Shown here in pieces: positions 51,410 to 61,289 of a DNA stretch of 64,000 nt; the stretch's first letter is position 1, and every line of letters begins with the position of its first letter. The position numbers were made by a program, and so were the translations under genes. Under the pieces are notes generated by a model that saw only the letters and a list, made by a program, of their open reading frames with translations, was not told the origin of the DNA and searched no databases. Origin of the DNA: Nitrosopumilus sp. (GTDB taxonomy: Archaea > Thermoproteota > Nitrososphaeria > Nitrososphaerales > Nitrosopumilaceae); contig OZ243974.1 in the NCBI GenBank assembly GCA_965214775.1, positions 2,720,001 to 2,784,000 on the forward strand. Reading direction: 5' to 3'.

Positions 51410-51499
51410 GACCCGACAGTATGGAACACGACAGTTATTACTGCAGTAGTTAATTCGTGTATGTGGGGTTTGACATGCTGCCACACAAGACTCTACAAT

Positions 51500-53034
51500 A
51501 GACTTTATGCGTAATCGACCGTGATTAAAAATTCCGTAGGCTTTTCCAAACGCAAATGCGCTGATCGGATCAAATTACCGCATGCATCTCGTGTCATGAC
51601 GCACGTAAAAGCCAGTTGCGCCAAAAGAACGTGCGCAACCATGCAGCACGGCAGTGTGCCCCGTTGACAAGTCAGAAAGAATGGCGGTCCGTACCGCCGT
51701 ATGTCATGTGTCTGGCAGCAGATGCAGCTGCTGCAGCAGCTGGCCATAGTATTTTTTCCTTTTCAACATCGTCTTGAGGTTCTCAAGACCCGTGATTATC
51801 TGCATGAAATAATTGAGATCCTTGGCAGTTCCGCCAAACGGCATGGTAAGAATGCCATATCTTTTGAGCCGCCCTATGTGGTGCTCCACCCTGACGCGAA
51901 CCCTGCTTATCTGCTTGCGGCGCCTCTTTTGCGTTGCAGTAAGATCCCCGTCCCTGGGCTTCTTTGGGGGCTGCCTGTGTATGGCGCCCGGAAGCATCTT
52001 TTGAATGCCCTCAAATCCCAGGTCGCTGTAAATCACAAACGCCTCTTCCGGATCGTCTGCGTTTTTTGCATTCCTCATTGATCCGGTGTGCCTTCCAAAG
52101 TCCGGGCCGCCCCCTGCGTTCATCACGCCCTTGTCGTTGACGCTTCCGTCCACAGTCTTGCCGCAGTGCAGTATGAGGCCGTCCAGGTTCGAGGTAATTA
52201 TCGTGTTGAACATGTGCCGCTTTTTTCTTCCCGAGTATCTGGTCTTTCTTGCGGTCCTGTCCCCGGGCCTGTCTACCGGAGTCAGGGTGCCGTCAATCAG
52301 GAGCGTCTTTTTTGGGATCAGCACCTCCTCCAGCTTGCCTGCCGGGGTCTTGCAGATGATGCTTGCTAGCTTTTCGGAGGCAGGCAGGAGCCGGCGCAGT
52401 AACACGGCACCGTACCGGAGGTACCTGGACATTGTGGACTGGTCGACGTCAAACGTTGCGGCCAGATGATGCTGCGTTGCCTTGGTCCTTATGCTCATGA
52501 GTACTGCAAGCAGCGCGTGCCTGATGTACAGCTTGCACCGGTTTCCGGCATCGCCGCCTCTTACGTCGTCCTCCCAGAACAGGGGCCTGTCCTCGTCGTC
52601 CATGACTTCTTCCGTAAAGCGCTCCAGTATGATCGTAAATGACTCCTTTGTGCATCCCGTGACGTTGCGAAGGCGCACCGGATCGCCGATTATGCCGTCT
52701 GCAACCTCGATTGCGTGCATCCGCAGAGGCGTCCCGCCGCGCACGACTCTTTTTGTCTTGTTTTCTTCGGACTGCCACAGTGAGTCCTCAAACGCAAGCT
52801 GCTTCCTCATACGCTCGTTTTGCTTGGACATCTGTTTGTTTTGCTTGGATACCTGCTCGTGTTGCTCGACTAGCATCTCGTGTTGCGCTTGTAACGCTTG
52901 AAATGCTTGGAGAGTCTTGTCATTTGAGCCCATACAGTTAGGGAATCATACAGATCTTTAGGGTTGTTGGTGTGCAAATAATGATCTATTGTGTCGTATT
53001 TTTAGATCAGATGGGCCGATTACGCATAAAGTCT
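51500..53034 (-). mobile_element. IS5-family (ISL2-like) element, copy 2
   Basis: Same TIRs and length as copy 1; 3-bp TSD AAT. Confidence 0.9.
51704..52933 (-). CDS. IS5/ISL2-like DDE transposase
   Basis: Few substitutions relative to 48844..50073. Confidence 0.9.
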   Translation of the reverse strand: MGSNDKTLQAFQALQAQHEMLVEQHEQVSKQNKQMSKQNERMRKQLAFEDSLWQSEENKTKRVVRGGTPLRMHAIEVADGIIGDPVRLRNVTGCTKESFTIILERFTEEVMDDEDRPLFWEDDVRGGDAGNRCKLYIRHALLAVLMSIRTKATQHHLAATFDVDQSTMSRYLRYGAVLLRRLLPASEKLASIICKTPAGKLEEVLIPKKTLLIDGTLTPVDRPGDRTARKTRYSGRKKRHMFNTIITSNLDGLILHCGKTVDGSVNDKGVMNAGGGPDFGRHTGSMRNAKNADDPEEAFVIYSDLGFEGIQKMLPGAIHRQPPKKPRDGDLTATQKRRRKQISRVRVRVEHHIGRLKRYGILTMPFGGTAKDLNYFMQIITGLENLKTMLKRKKYYGQLLQQLHLLPDT

Positions 53035-53036
53035 AA

Positions 53037-54040
53037 TATGGAACACGACAGTTATTACTGCAGTCAGCCCATCAAATATCGGAACATCTTTACCGGTAGG
53101 ATCTCTCCGCTGGCAAACAGATTCCGCACGGACTGCTCCATCTCATCAAGCGTATCAAACACCTTGGCAGACAGCCTCCGCTTTATCTCCCTCCACTGTA
53201 TCTCTACAGGATTGAGCTCCGGCGTGGACGGCGGCAGGTACTCCAGCATTAACTCGCCCTTGTACTTTTCCAGCGTCTTTTTTACGCCGACAGACTTGTG
53301 GTATGACGCATTATCTAGGAATATCAACACCTTTCCGTATTTTTCGTGCAGATTTTCCAAAAAGTCGCAAAAGCTGTCGGTGTTGGTCTTGTCATAGAAC
53401 ATATGGTAGAATATACCGACTGCCAGCACGCCGAAGATGTACCGGCGCTGCCGTGACAGCGTCAAGGGCGCCGTGATGCTCATGCCGCGCCTGAACCACC
53501 CATGTTTGGGGCTATTTGAGGTCTTTTGTATGGATGACTCGTCTTCTGTCATTACCGTATACCCTTGTGCCTCCTTTTCCCGTATCAGCTCCTGGGATGC
53601 CTCCTCGAACTCGTTCTGCTTGCGTTTTGAGGCGGACTTTGGGTTCTTTGGCCTTGATTTCTTCCAGGAGAACCCAAGCTCGTGTGCCAGCAGCCGCGTG
53701 CCGCTCTTGCTGTATTCTATGCCGAACTTCTTTTTGATGTGCCGCCTTATCAGGCCCGAGTCCCACAAACTGCTCTCAAAGCCGCACTCCTCTGATCCTG
53801 ACTTGAGATCCGCCTCAAGCTGTTTCAGCTGCGACTCACTCAGCTTGTGCTTGCGTCCCCTGCCTGGCCGCTCATGCCTTGCGCGTATTCCCTCGTCCTG
53901 CGCGCGGATGAGCCACCTGGATATGGTGGAATGTGCCCGGTCGAGGTTCTTTGCTATCTGTTCTGTATCGAGGTCGTCCTTGCGCTGCATGTATGCCAGC
54001 AACCTGTCGCGCTTTCTCTTGTCTGTCTCCTTTTTGTACG
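53037..54040 (-). mobile_element. IS630-family element, 5'-truncated by neighbouring IS630
   Basis: EDES, DNASYH, PELNPVE; ORF 53064..54092 reads out of the adjacent element end. Confidence 0.85.
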
Positions 54041-56282
54041 TAGTATCCTCGGCTACCAATTGATCACAAAAAGGACAATTTTTTTCAACCAAAGGATCTA
54101 AGAGCTATTAGTCCCATATATACACATGAAAGGAAAGAAGGAATTACCGACGGGAACAGCGTTCCTGTACGGGATAGCAAGCAAGGACGAGCTTTTTAGG
54201 ATGCACAAGTCCGAGAAGGACGCCAAGGCGGCAATCCGGCTCCTTGCATACCACATGAGAAAGTGCGGCGCGAGCATATATGATATTGCCGAGAAGCTGA
54301 GCAGGCCGTATGGAACCGTACGATACTGGCTGGTGCGTGCGCACAAGCATGGCCTGGAGGGCAGGTTTGACATAAAGCATGGCGCCCCGTGCAGGCTCGA
54401 CAAGAAACAGCTTGAACGGCTGCGCGCAGACCTGATCAAGGGCCCGGACAACTGCGGCTTTAAGGCCACAACATGGACAGGGCCGCTGGTCATTGCCCAC
54501 GTCAAAAAGAAGTTCGGCATCACGTATGCAGAAACGAGCATGTACGACCTGCTGCACAGAATCGGCTTCTCATGCAGAAAGCCCAGGCCAAAACACCCAA
54601 AATCAGCCTCAGAATCCGAGAAAAAGGAGTTCAAAAAAAAGCTAGGCAGAGCGCAAAGTACTATTCAAAAAAGGGGTACACGGTAATGATAGGCGACGAG
54701 TCCATGTTCATACTGGGATGGAACGTCAAGAACAGCTGGTACCCCGTAGGAGAGCCGGTCTATACGCCCGTCAGCCTGTCCAGGAAGGTTCTATGTCATA
54801 GGGGCCCTCTCAAGAAACAGGTTTGACTATAGCAATGATCAGAAGTCTTTGAGCCAAAACGGGATCATTCGAAAAGTATATGGATCGCCTAACCGGCGCA
54901 ATGACATGGCAAAAGAAACAGACAAAAGCCTGTCAGAGGCCATGCGCAAAGAAAAGGATGTCAAAGTCTACAAGAAGATCATGGCGCTGATGTTTGTGCT
55001 AGAAGACGACGTGGGCGTGCCTGAGACTGCAAGAAGGGTCCGGTGCAGTGAGAATTCCGTGCGCAACTGGCTGGCGAGGTTTTCGGAGGACGGCATAGAC
55101 GGTCTCCGGGATCTTCCCCGTTCCGGATGCAGGCCAAAGGTGGACAGAGAAAGTATTGCCGCCATAATGGACCTGTCCACTGCATGCAAAAGTACCGATG
55201 TTATGACGGTACGCGATGACATAAGGGATGCCACCGGGACAGAATACAGCACAGGACATGTCCGAAAACTGATGCGCCAGCACGGCCTGTCGCGCCGCAA
55301 GGTGCAAAACGTGCATGTCAACCATGCCACCCCAAGCTCCGTATACTCGTGGCAACGGTATCTTGAAAACGTGCGGATTCCGTGCCTGAAAAGAGAGGGT
55401 TTTACGCTGGTGTCATCTGATGAGGCGTTCTTCGTGCAGGGCGCATACGACAGATACGTGTGGGGTCCGGTCGGCACCAGAAGCGTGGCATCGTATTCGG
55501 GGGACCACACAAAGGTGGCCGTGTTTGGAAGCATCGCAGAAGACGGCAGAAGGCTGTTCAGGACGTTTACGGGATCGTTTAGGTCAGTGCAGTTCATACA
55601 ATGTCTGGAGGCGTTGCGCGCCAAGTTTGGCAAGGTTGCCGTCTTTTGCGACAGGTGGAGTGTGCACAGATCTATTGACGTCGCAGAATATCTGGCAGGT
55701 CATCCCGACATCAGGCTGATAATGATCCCGAAGGGATCGCCGTACCTCAATATCGTGGAAGAATGCTGGAACCTAGGCAAGCCTGTCGTTTTCAGGGGGA
55801 TAGTGTACAGGAAAATCAGCGAGCTACGGCATGCCATATCCGAGTACTACAGGACGGTGTCGTTTGCCCACCTTTGCATGTACAAGTACATTTACAGATC
55901 GCCGGTCAAAGCCCTCAATTACTTGTGACCGTTGCTATATCGCTTTTACGAAAAGGCCAACACGGGAACGTTCTACAAGTTTCTCAGGACACTGCGCCGC
56001 AAGTACGGCAAGGTGTTGTTGTTTGTCGACAACGCATCGTACCACAAGTCAGCAGAACTCAATGGAATGATGGCCAAGTGGAACGGGGACGTGGTGCTAA
56101 AGTACCTGCCGCCGTACGCGCCGGAGCTTAACAACTCGGAGGGGCAGTGGCGCGGGTTCAAAAAGGCGACTTCAAACTGCCTTTACAAGACCGTCAAGGA
56201 GATGCAGAGATCACTGCGCAGTATGACGCGCAGGGGCGAGATAAAGGTGGTAAAGATGAACAAATGGCTGACGTAGATACTA
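54041..56282 (+). mobile_element. IS630-family element (same as 24774-25909) interrupted by another IS630
   Basis: TAGTATC...GATACTA ends; orfA 54126..54686, orfB split at 54829/55938. Confidence 0.9.
54830..55937 (+). mobile_element. Nested IS630-family element with single-ORF transposase (54849/54907..55928)
   Basis: TAGCAATGATCA / TGACCGTTGCTA ends, TA duplication restores host GACTATCGC; SDEA, DRWSVH, SPYLNIVEECW. Confidence 0.9.
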
Positions 56283-56331
56283 CGTCTTGTGCAGGTAGGA
56301 GCGACTCGTATTTGGCAGGAATTTGCCCCCT

Positions 56332-56470
56332 GTGAGATGATCCGAAATTAGAAACCATACGAATTTTTCAAGTAATTTCACAGATAACTTGTATTTTGTT
56401 GACATTTTGAGCCGTTCTATGCAAATTAGTTCACAAATAATCCGAATCTGCTAATTTCGAATCAACTCTC
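56332..56470. mobile_element. MITE family A nested in a family C MITE
   Basis: Colinear with 23674-23811; family C sequence resumes on both sides. Confidence 0.8.
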
Positions 56471-56474
56471 TGAT

Positions 56475-56710
56475 GCCACAAACTCCTTTCTCTGTCTGTC
56501 CATGCATATGTCGTCATTACGACACTCCCCATCCCTCGAATAGTTAGGCCACAAACTCCTTTCTCTGTCTGTCCATGCATATCAGTACTTCCTAGGTGTA
56601 CTTTTACAGGCACGGTAATTACGTAATTTGGAGAAGATCTTATGCGTAAACGAAGTTAGCGGCTATGGCGTGCCGGGTCTGCAAAAACACATCTAGGAAG
56701 TACTGATATG
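56475..56710. repeat. 36-bp direct repeat pair flanking a unique 37-bp insert (site 4; second copy later hit by ISH3 MITE)
   Basis: GCCACAAACTCCTTTCTCTGTCTGTCCATGCATATG at 56475-56510 and 56548-56582 plus 56710. Confidence 0.92.
56583..56705. mobile_element. ISH3-derived MITE (123 bp) with intact TIRs
   Basis: CAGTACTTCCTAG(G/A)TGT TIRs, ATAT TSD; sub-terminal similarity to both ends of the 26638-31234 element. Confidence 0.88.
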
Positions 56711-56966
56711 CGTATTCCTTGCCTGATCTAAATCTTTGGATCAAAAATAGTTGTCAAAATCGTCCATTTTTTTATGTGTTGACTATGGTGGAGGCGGCCT
56801 GAGGCGAATTAGGCGGCAATCTCCCTCCCCCTCCCCCCTCGGGGGTCACCTGCCATATTCACCTCCTTGCAATACATAGGACGCCTGCCAGTACAGAACA
56901 TACCTCAACAAACTCTGCAACAGAAAAAATGGAAAGGCAGATTAGGCAAGGTGCGCAAAAAACAGC

Positions 56967-58298
56967 ATGAATTTACTTTCCATAGGTGGCTCGGATCCAT
57001 CAACGGGTGCCGGAATCCAGAGCGATGTCAAGTTATTTGCAAACATGGATGCAAACTGCTTTACGGTCATTACTGCAATTACAGGTCAGAACACTTCAAG
57101 TTTCGGACTGGTCGAACCAGTATCAATAAAAATCCTTAAAAATCAACTTGATTTAGTCCTTTCAGATTTTCAAATCGACGTAATTAAAATCGGAATGCTC
57201 TACAATTCCAAAACCATCAGATTCCTTTTCAAAGAATTAAAAAAACTGAAAATCCCAATAGTTCTAGATCCCGTGATAAGGTCCACGACAGGAGCAATGC
57301 TGATAGAAAAATCAGCATTAAATGACTTTAGGAGATACATGGTTCCAATCTCAACTGTCATTACACCTAACAAGTTTGAGGCCCAAATCATTGCAAACTC
57401 CAGAGTTTTGCCGTCCAACAAAATCGAAAAGATTGCAAAAAAGATTCAGGGTATGGGTGCAAAAAACGTCATAGTTACGGGAATTCAGAAGAGCGGCAAC
57501 AAAATAGAGGACCTAATTCTTGAAAAAAATACAAGATACACAATCTCAAGCAAAAAGATCTTTAGGGAGAATCACGGGAGCGGATGCACGTATTCGGCAA
57601 TAGTTGCATATTCTCTTGCAAACAAGAAGAGCATCAAAGAGTCGGCAAAGTTTGCAAAAGAGTTCACGCTACAATCAATAAAAAACGCAAAAAAGATCGG
57701 AGGCGGGATCCCCGTCACATCACCATTACCATCATCATCATCATCATCATCACATGTCCCAACAAAAGACCCGCTTCAAAGCGAGCTGTCATCTGAGATT
57801 CAAAAGTTTACAGAGATCAGAGGCGTTTATCAGTTGATTCCAGAATGTCAGACAAATTTTGTAGTCTCAAAGACAAGACCAAGATCAACAAAAGACGTCC
57901 TGGGAGTTTCCGGAAGAATAGTAAAGGCCGGAACAATGGCCGTCGTTGCAGGGGATTTAACGTACGGCGGATCAAAACACGTGGCAACAGCCCTGCTGGC
58001 AGTCAACAAAAGATTTCCCCGCACAAGATCGGCAGTCAACATAAGGTATCAAGAAAAAACCCTCAAAAAAATTTCAAAAATAGGGTTCCTTGTCGGAAAT
58101 TACGACAGAAAGTCAGAGCCAAAGAGCGTAAGGGCCAGGGGTTCGTCAATCAGATGGGGCATAAACTCTGCAATAAGAGAATCAGAGAAAAGTCCAGACG
58201 TAATCTTTCACAGGGGCGGTTTTGGCAAGGAGCCAATGATGATTGTCTTTGGAGACAGTCCAAAAAAAGTCACAGAGAAGATCATGAAAATCGTATGA
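56967..58298 (+). CDS. thiD: HMP/HMP-P kinase fused to archaeal thiamine-phosphate synthase (ThiDN)
   Basis: GGSDPSTGAGIQSD, TPN..EA, HGSGC; C-terminal IPECQTN...GGSKHVA...GKEPM. Confidence 0.93.
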   Translation: MNLLSIGGSDPSTGAGIQSDVKLFANMDANCFTVITAITGQNTSSFGLVEPVSIKILKNQLDLVLSDFQIDVIKIGMLYNSKTIRFLFKELKKLKIPIVLDPVIRSTTGAMLIEKSALNDFRRYMVPISTVITPNKFEAQIIANSRVLPSNKIEKIAKKIQGMGAKNVIVTGIQKSGNKIEDLILEKNTRYTISSKKIFRENHGSGCTYSAIVAYSLANKKSIKESAKFAKEFTLQSIKNAKKIGGGIPVTSPLPSSSSSSSHVPTKDPLQSELSSEIQKFTEIRGVYQLIPECQTNFVVSKTRPRSTKDVLGVSGRIVKAGTMAVVAGDLTYGGSKHVATALLAVNKRFPRTRSAVNIRYQEKTLKKISKIGFLVGNYDRKSEPKSVRARGSSIRWGINSAIRESEKSPDVIFHRGGFGKEPMMIVFGDSPKKVTEKIMKIV

Positions 58299-58352
58299 GT
58301 CCTTCAGGACAGACATCCTTGAACATAAATACACAGCGCACAAGAAAATAGC

Positions 58353-59054
58353 ATGAAGGCAGTAATTCTAGCAGGTGGACTGGGCACAAGGCTGCAGCCA
58401 TATACAACGTTTTTGCCAAAACCAATGCTGCCTTTGGGGGAAAAGCCGATTTTAGAGCACCTGATCGACTGGAACAAAAAAAACGGGGTAAGATCAATCG
58501 TGCTTTGTGTCAGTTATCTTAGAAGAACCATAGAGGATTATTTTGAGGACGGAAAACGGTTTGGAGTGGACATAAGATACGCAGTTTCAGACAGGCCGCT
58601 TGCCACTGCAGGCCAGCTAAAAACCGCCGAGGAGTTTTTGAAAGAGACCTTTGTCTGCATGTACGGAGATTCAATCTTTGATTTTAGCCTGAGAGGCATG
58701 ATAAAAGATCACGTAAAGAATGGATCGTTTATCACCATGAGTTTACACCAATACAAAACCAATCTTCCTTACGGGGTGATTGAAACTGCAAAAAACGGCA
58801 GGGTTGCAAGCTGGAACGAAAAGCCAGAAATCAAGGCCAATATCAACATGGGATGTTACGTAATGGAGGCAGGAGTCCTCAGATACATTCCAAAAAACAG
58901 GCCGTACGGAATGGATAGCGTGATAAAAAAGGCAATTGGCAGCAGAAAAGCAGTAAATGCGTTTGTTACAAAAAGGGGATTTGTGGATATAGGAGACAAG
59001 GCATCTTACAAAAAGGCATACCAGGAATACATACAAAAGCTAGGCAAGATCTGA
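58353..59054 (+). CDS. Sugar-phosphate nucleotidyltransferase
   Basis: ILAGGLGTRLQP...PKPM, EKP, DIG. Confidence 0.92.
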   Translation: MKAVILAGGLGTRLQPYTTFLPKPMLPLGEKPILEHLIDWNKKNGVRSIVLCVSYLRRTIEDYFEDGKRFGVDIRYAVSDRPLATAGQLKTAEEFLKETFVCMYGDSIFDFSLRGMIKDHVKNGSFITMSLHQYKTNLPYGVIETAKNGRVASWNEKPEIKANINMGCYVMEAGVLRYIPKNRPYGMDSVIKKAIGSRKAVNAFVTKRGFVDIGDKASYKKAYQEYIQKLGKI

Positions 59055-59057
59055 CCC

Positions 59058-59495
59058 ATGACAGAGCCAATTATCCGTGAATTGAAAAAAGGGGATTTGT
59101 GGAACGGGTTTTTGACATCCCTTGACTCGCTGAGGCAGGCAAGCAGAATCGACAGGTCAAGGGCCGATCAGGTTTTTGAAAAAATCAGTTCAAACGAAGA
59201 CCATGTCATTGCAGTTGCAGAGGTTCAGGGAAGGATTGTCGGTTCAGCAACGCTGCTGATAGAGCAAAAGTTCATCCACGACGGGGGTCTTGCAGGACAC
59301 ATAGAAGACGTTGTGGTCGACAAAAGGTTTCAAGGACAGAAAATCGGAGGAAAGATCATAGAATTTTTGCTTGAAAGATCAAAAAACCGGGGCTGTTACA
59401 AAACAGTCCTGGACTGTACAGATGACGTAAGGCCGTTTTATGAGAAATTGGGGTTCAAAGCGACTGCAAGCGAGATGCGGTTTGATCACGCCTAG
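59058..59495 (+). CDS. GNAT acetyltransferase, glucosamine-6-phosphate N-acetyltransferase (GNA1)-like
   Basis: EQKFIH...GHIEDVVV...QGQKIG, GCYK..LDC, FYEKLGF. Confidence 0.88.
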   Translation: MTEPIIRELKKGDLWNGFLTSLDSLRQASRIDRSRADQVFEKISSNEDHVIAVAEVQGRIVGSATLLIEQKFIHDGGLAGHIEDVVVDKRFQGQKIGGKIIEFLLERSKNRGCYKTVLDCTDDVRPFYEKLGFKATASEMRFDHA

Positions 59496-59932
59496 AAATA
59501 TTCTTTCCTTGGGCGCCTCTTCTTGTGTTTGAGCAGGTACACGCCAAATCCCACAACTGGTGCAGACAGCCCCATGAAGAGGAGCGGAACATAGATGACG
59601 GCATCAGTCACGTATGACCCTGGAATTTTTGGAAGAACCAAATAGCATGCGATCATTCCGGCAAGCAGGATGACTCCGCCGCCAATGATTAATCCGCCGA
59701 TTTGTTTGGAGCCGTATTGTCGTGACATGATAAATGCAACAGCTGCCAGTATGCCTGCAGGGGCAACGCCGATGGAGATGAATTGGAGTATTTTAGGATC
59801 AGCTGCAAACCCCTGAGCAAACTCAAAATCGTCAGGAACGTCAACCATGAAATTGTAAATCGAGAACATTTCCCCGGCAAACATTGCAAACAACCCAACA
59901 CTTGCAATTGCAAGCCATTTTTCCAGAGCCAT
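59492..59932 (-). CDS. Four-helix membrane protein
   Basis: Four hydrophobic segments, basic C-terminus. Confidence 0.8.
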   Translation of the reverse strand: MALEKWLAIASVGLFAMFAGEMFSIYNFMVDVPDDFEFAQGFAADPKILQFISIGVAPAGILAAVAFIMSRQYGSKQIGGLIIGGGVILLAGMIACYLVLPKIPGSYVTDAVIYVPLLFMGLSAPVVGFGVYLLKHKKRRPRKEYF

Positions 59933-59979
59933 GATTCAAAGAAGACCGGTTGATAAATAAACCATTCAAAAGGTCACAC

Positions 59980-60070
59980 AGTAAGTTTACCCCATCTCGA
60001 GGAATGCGACGTGGCAGGCACGATCATGAATGTCCCGGCCAACCTTGTCGCCTGAGGGGTAAACTCGTAC
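59980..60070. mobile_element. IS66-type MITE (91 bp)
   Basis: AGTTTACCCC/GGGGTAAACT TIRs; TSD GGTCACAC; right end nearly identical to the 32-55 end. Confidence 0.82.
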
Positions 60071-60072
60071 GG

Positions 60073-61092
60073 TCACACAATGCCTACAAGAGTCGCAAGC
60101 TCTTTTCTGCATGCCGTGCCGAGCTTTTCTGCGGCCTGCTCTGGGGAGACATCGTTGAGATATATGCCATATCCGCGTTCAAGACCAGACCACGTCTTTG
60201 TAATTGGATAAATTTCAATGTGCCAGTGAATCTGACGGCTGTTTTTCTTCTCAGGTGATAAATGGAATACGAGGTTGTATGATACGTTTTTGATGGTTTT
60301 GGACAACCCGCCCAGAGTCGCCCTCAGAATCAGCGACAGATCATTGATCTCCTTTTGGGTGATTTTAGAGAAGAGGGTTGTGTGTTTTTTGGGCGCAACC
60401 CAGAACTCGTACGGATACGAGGGAGACCAAGGACAAAAGGCGATAAAGCCCTCTGTTTGCAGGATCTGCCTGGGGCCGCCCATTTCTTCGTTGACTGTTT
60501 GGCACATGGGACACACGCCTTTTTCGTTTAGGATCTTGTGGGATGCCTCTGCCTCCTCCACAATTAACGGTGGAATCGTAGAGAATGTCAGAACGTTGAG
60601 ATGCGGGTGGGAATTCGTAGTGCCAGACAGCTGGCCCTGATCAGCATAAATTGAGACATAGGTGACTCCCTTTTGGGTATACAGCCAGCGCAGTCTGTCC
60701 TGGACGACAACCAGAATGTTTGACCACTGCTCAACGTCGATTGTTGCAAAGGTATCCTTTTGATTCGGGGATGCGACGACGACATAGTGATAGCCGTATG
60801 AAGGCTCGCTGTAAAACGGCTTGTCACTGTAGGAATTTTCCGCCTCGAGGGAGACGATGGGGTTCTTGCTTTCAAAGACCCTGATTGACCAGCCTTCAAC
60901 ACACCCGTCTTCGCTGTCCTGCAGCCTCTGCAGCATTCCGTCTTTTGCAACAAGGGACAGCACAGAAGGGTTGGTCATCGACTCGTTTCCAGGCGAATAC
61001 GGGGATTTTTTAGGGTTGTTGGTTGCCTTGTCAGTTTTTTTGGAGACGATCATAAAACGTTCAGAAACATAGTCCTTGCGAATGTCTCCCAT
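60073..61092 (-). CDS. galT: Galactose-1-phosphate uridylyltransferase (GalT/HIT) family protein
   Basis: HPHL, CPMC, PYEFWVAPKKH, HWHIEIYP, GLERGYG. Confidence 0.82.
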   Translation of the reverse strand: MGDIRKDYVSERFMIVSKKTDKATNNPKKSPYSPGNESMTNPSVLSLVAKDGMLQRLQDSEDGCVEGWSIRVFESKNPIVSLEAENSYSDKPFYSEPSYGYHYVVVASPNQKDTFATIDVEQWSNILVVVQDRLRWLYTQKGVTYVSIYADQGQLSGTTNSHPHLNVLTFSTIPPLIVEEAEASHKILNEKGVCPMCQTVNEEMGGPRQILQTEGFIAFCPWSPSYPYEFWVAPKKHTTLFSKITQKEINDLSLILRATLGGLSKTIKNVSYNLVFHLSPEKKNSRQIHWHIEIYPITKTWSGLERGYGIYLNDVSPEQAAEKLGTACRKELATLVGIV

Positions 61093-61289
61093 AATTGTAA
61101 TCTGAGGCAGCTGTATGTTAAAACGTTTACTAAGATCTCAGAGAAAACAAAGGACAGGGTTTTGAACTCAAGAAGTTGCAAGAACCATCAAAGACAATTC
61201 TTTTTTTTCTTCTTTTGTTTTTCTCAGAAAGAGGGTTTGCTGATCGCAGTCTTGTAAGACTTAAAGTAGAGAATCAGATCCCTGAAAAC

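Noticed and set aside
48640-53034. Composite transposon formed by the two ISL2-like copies
   Set aside because: Each copy has its own TSD (ACT, AAT), indicating independent insertions; the interior is only IS debris.
5140-56710. Canonical CRISPR array
   Set aside because: Each repeat occurs only twice, the four repeats are unrelated to each other and derive from host elements; no leader or cas genes in the window. Reported as scars instead.
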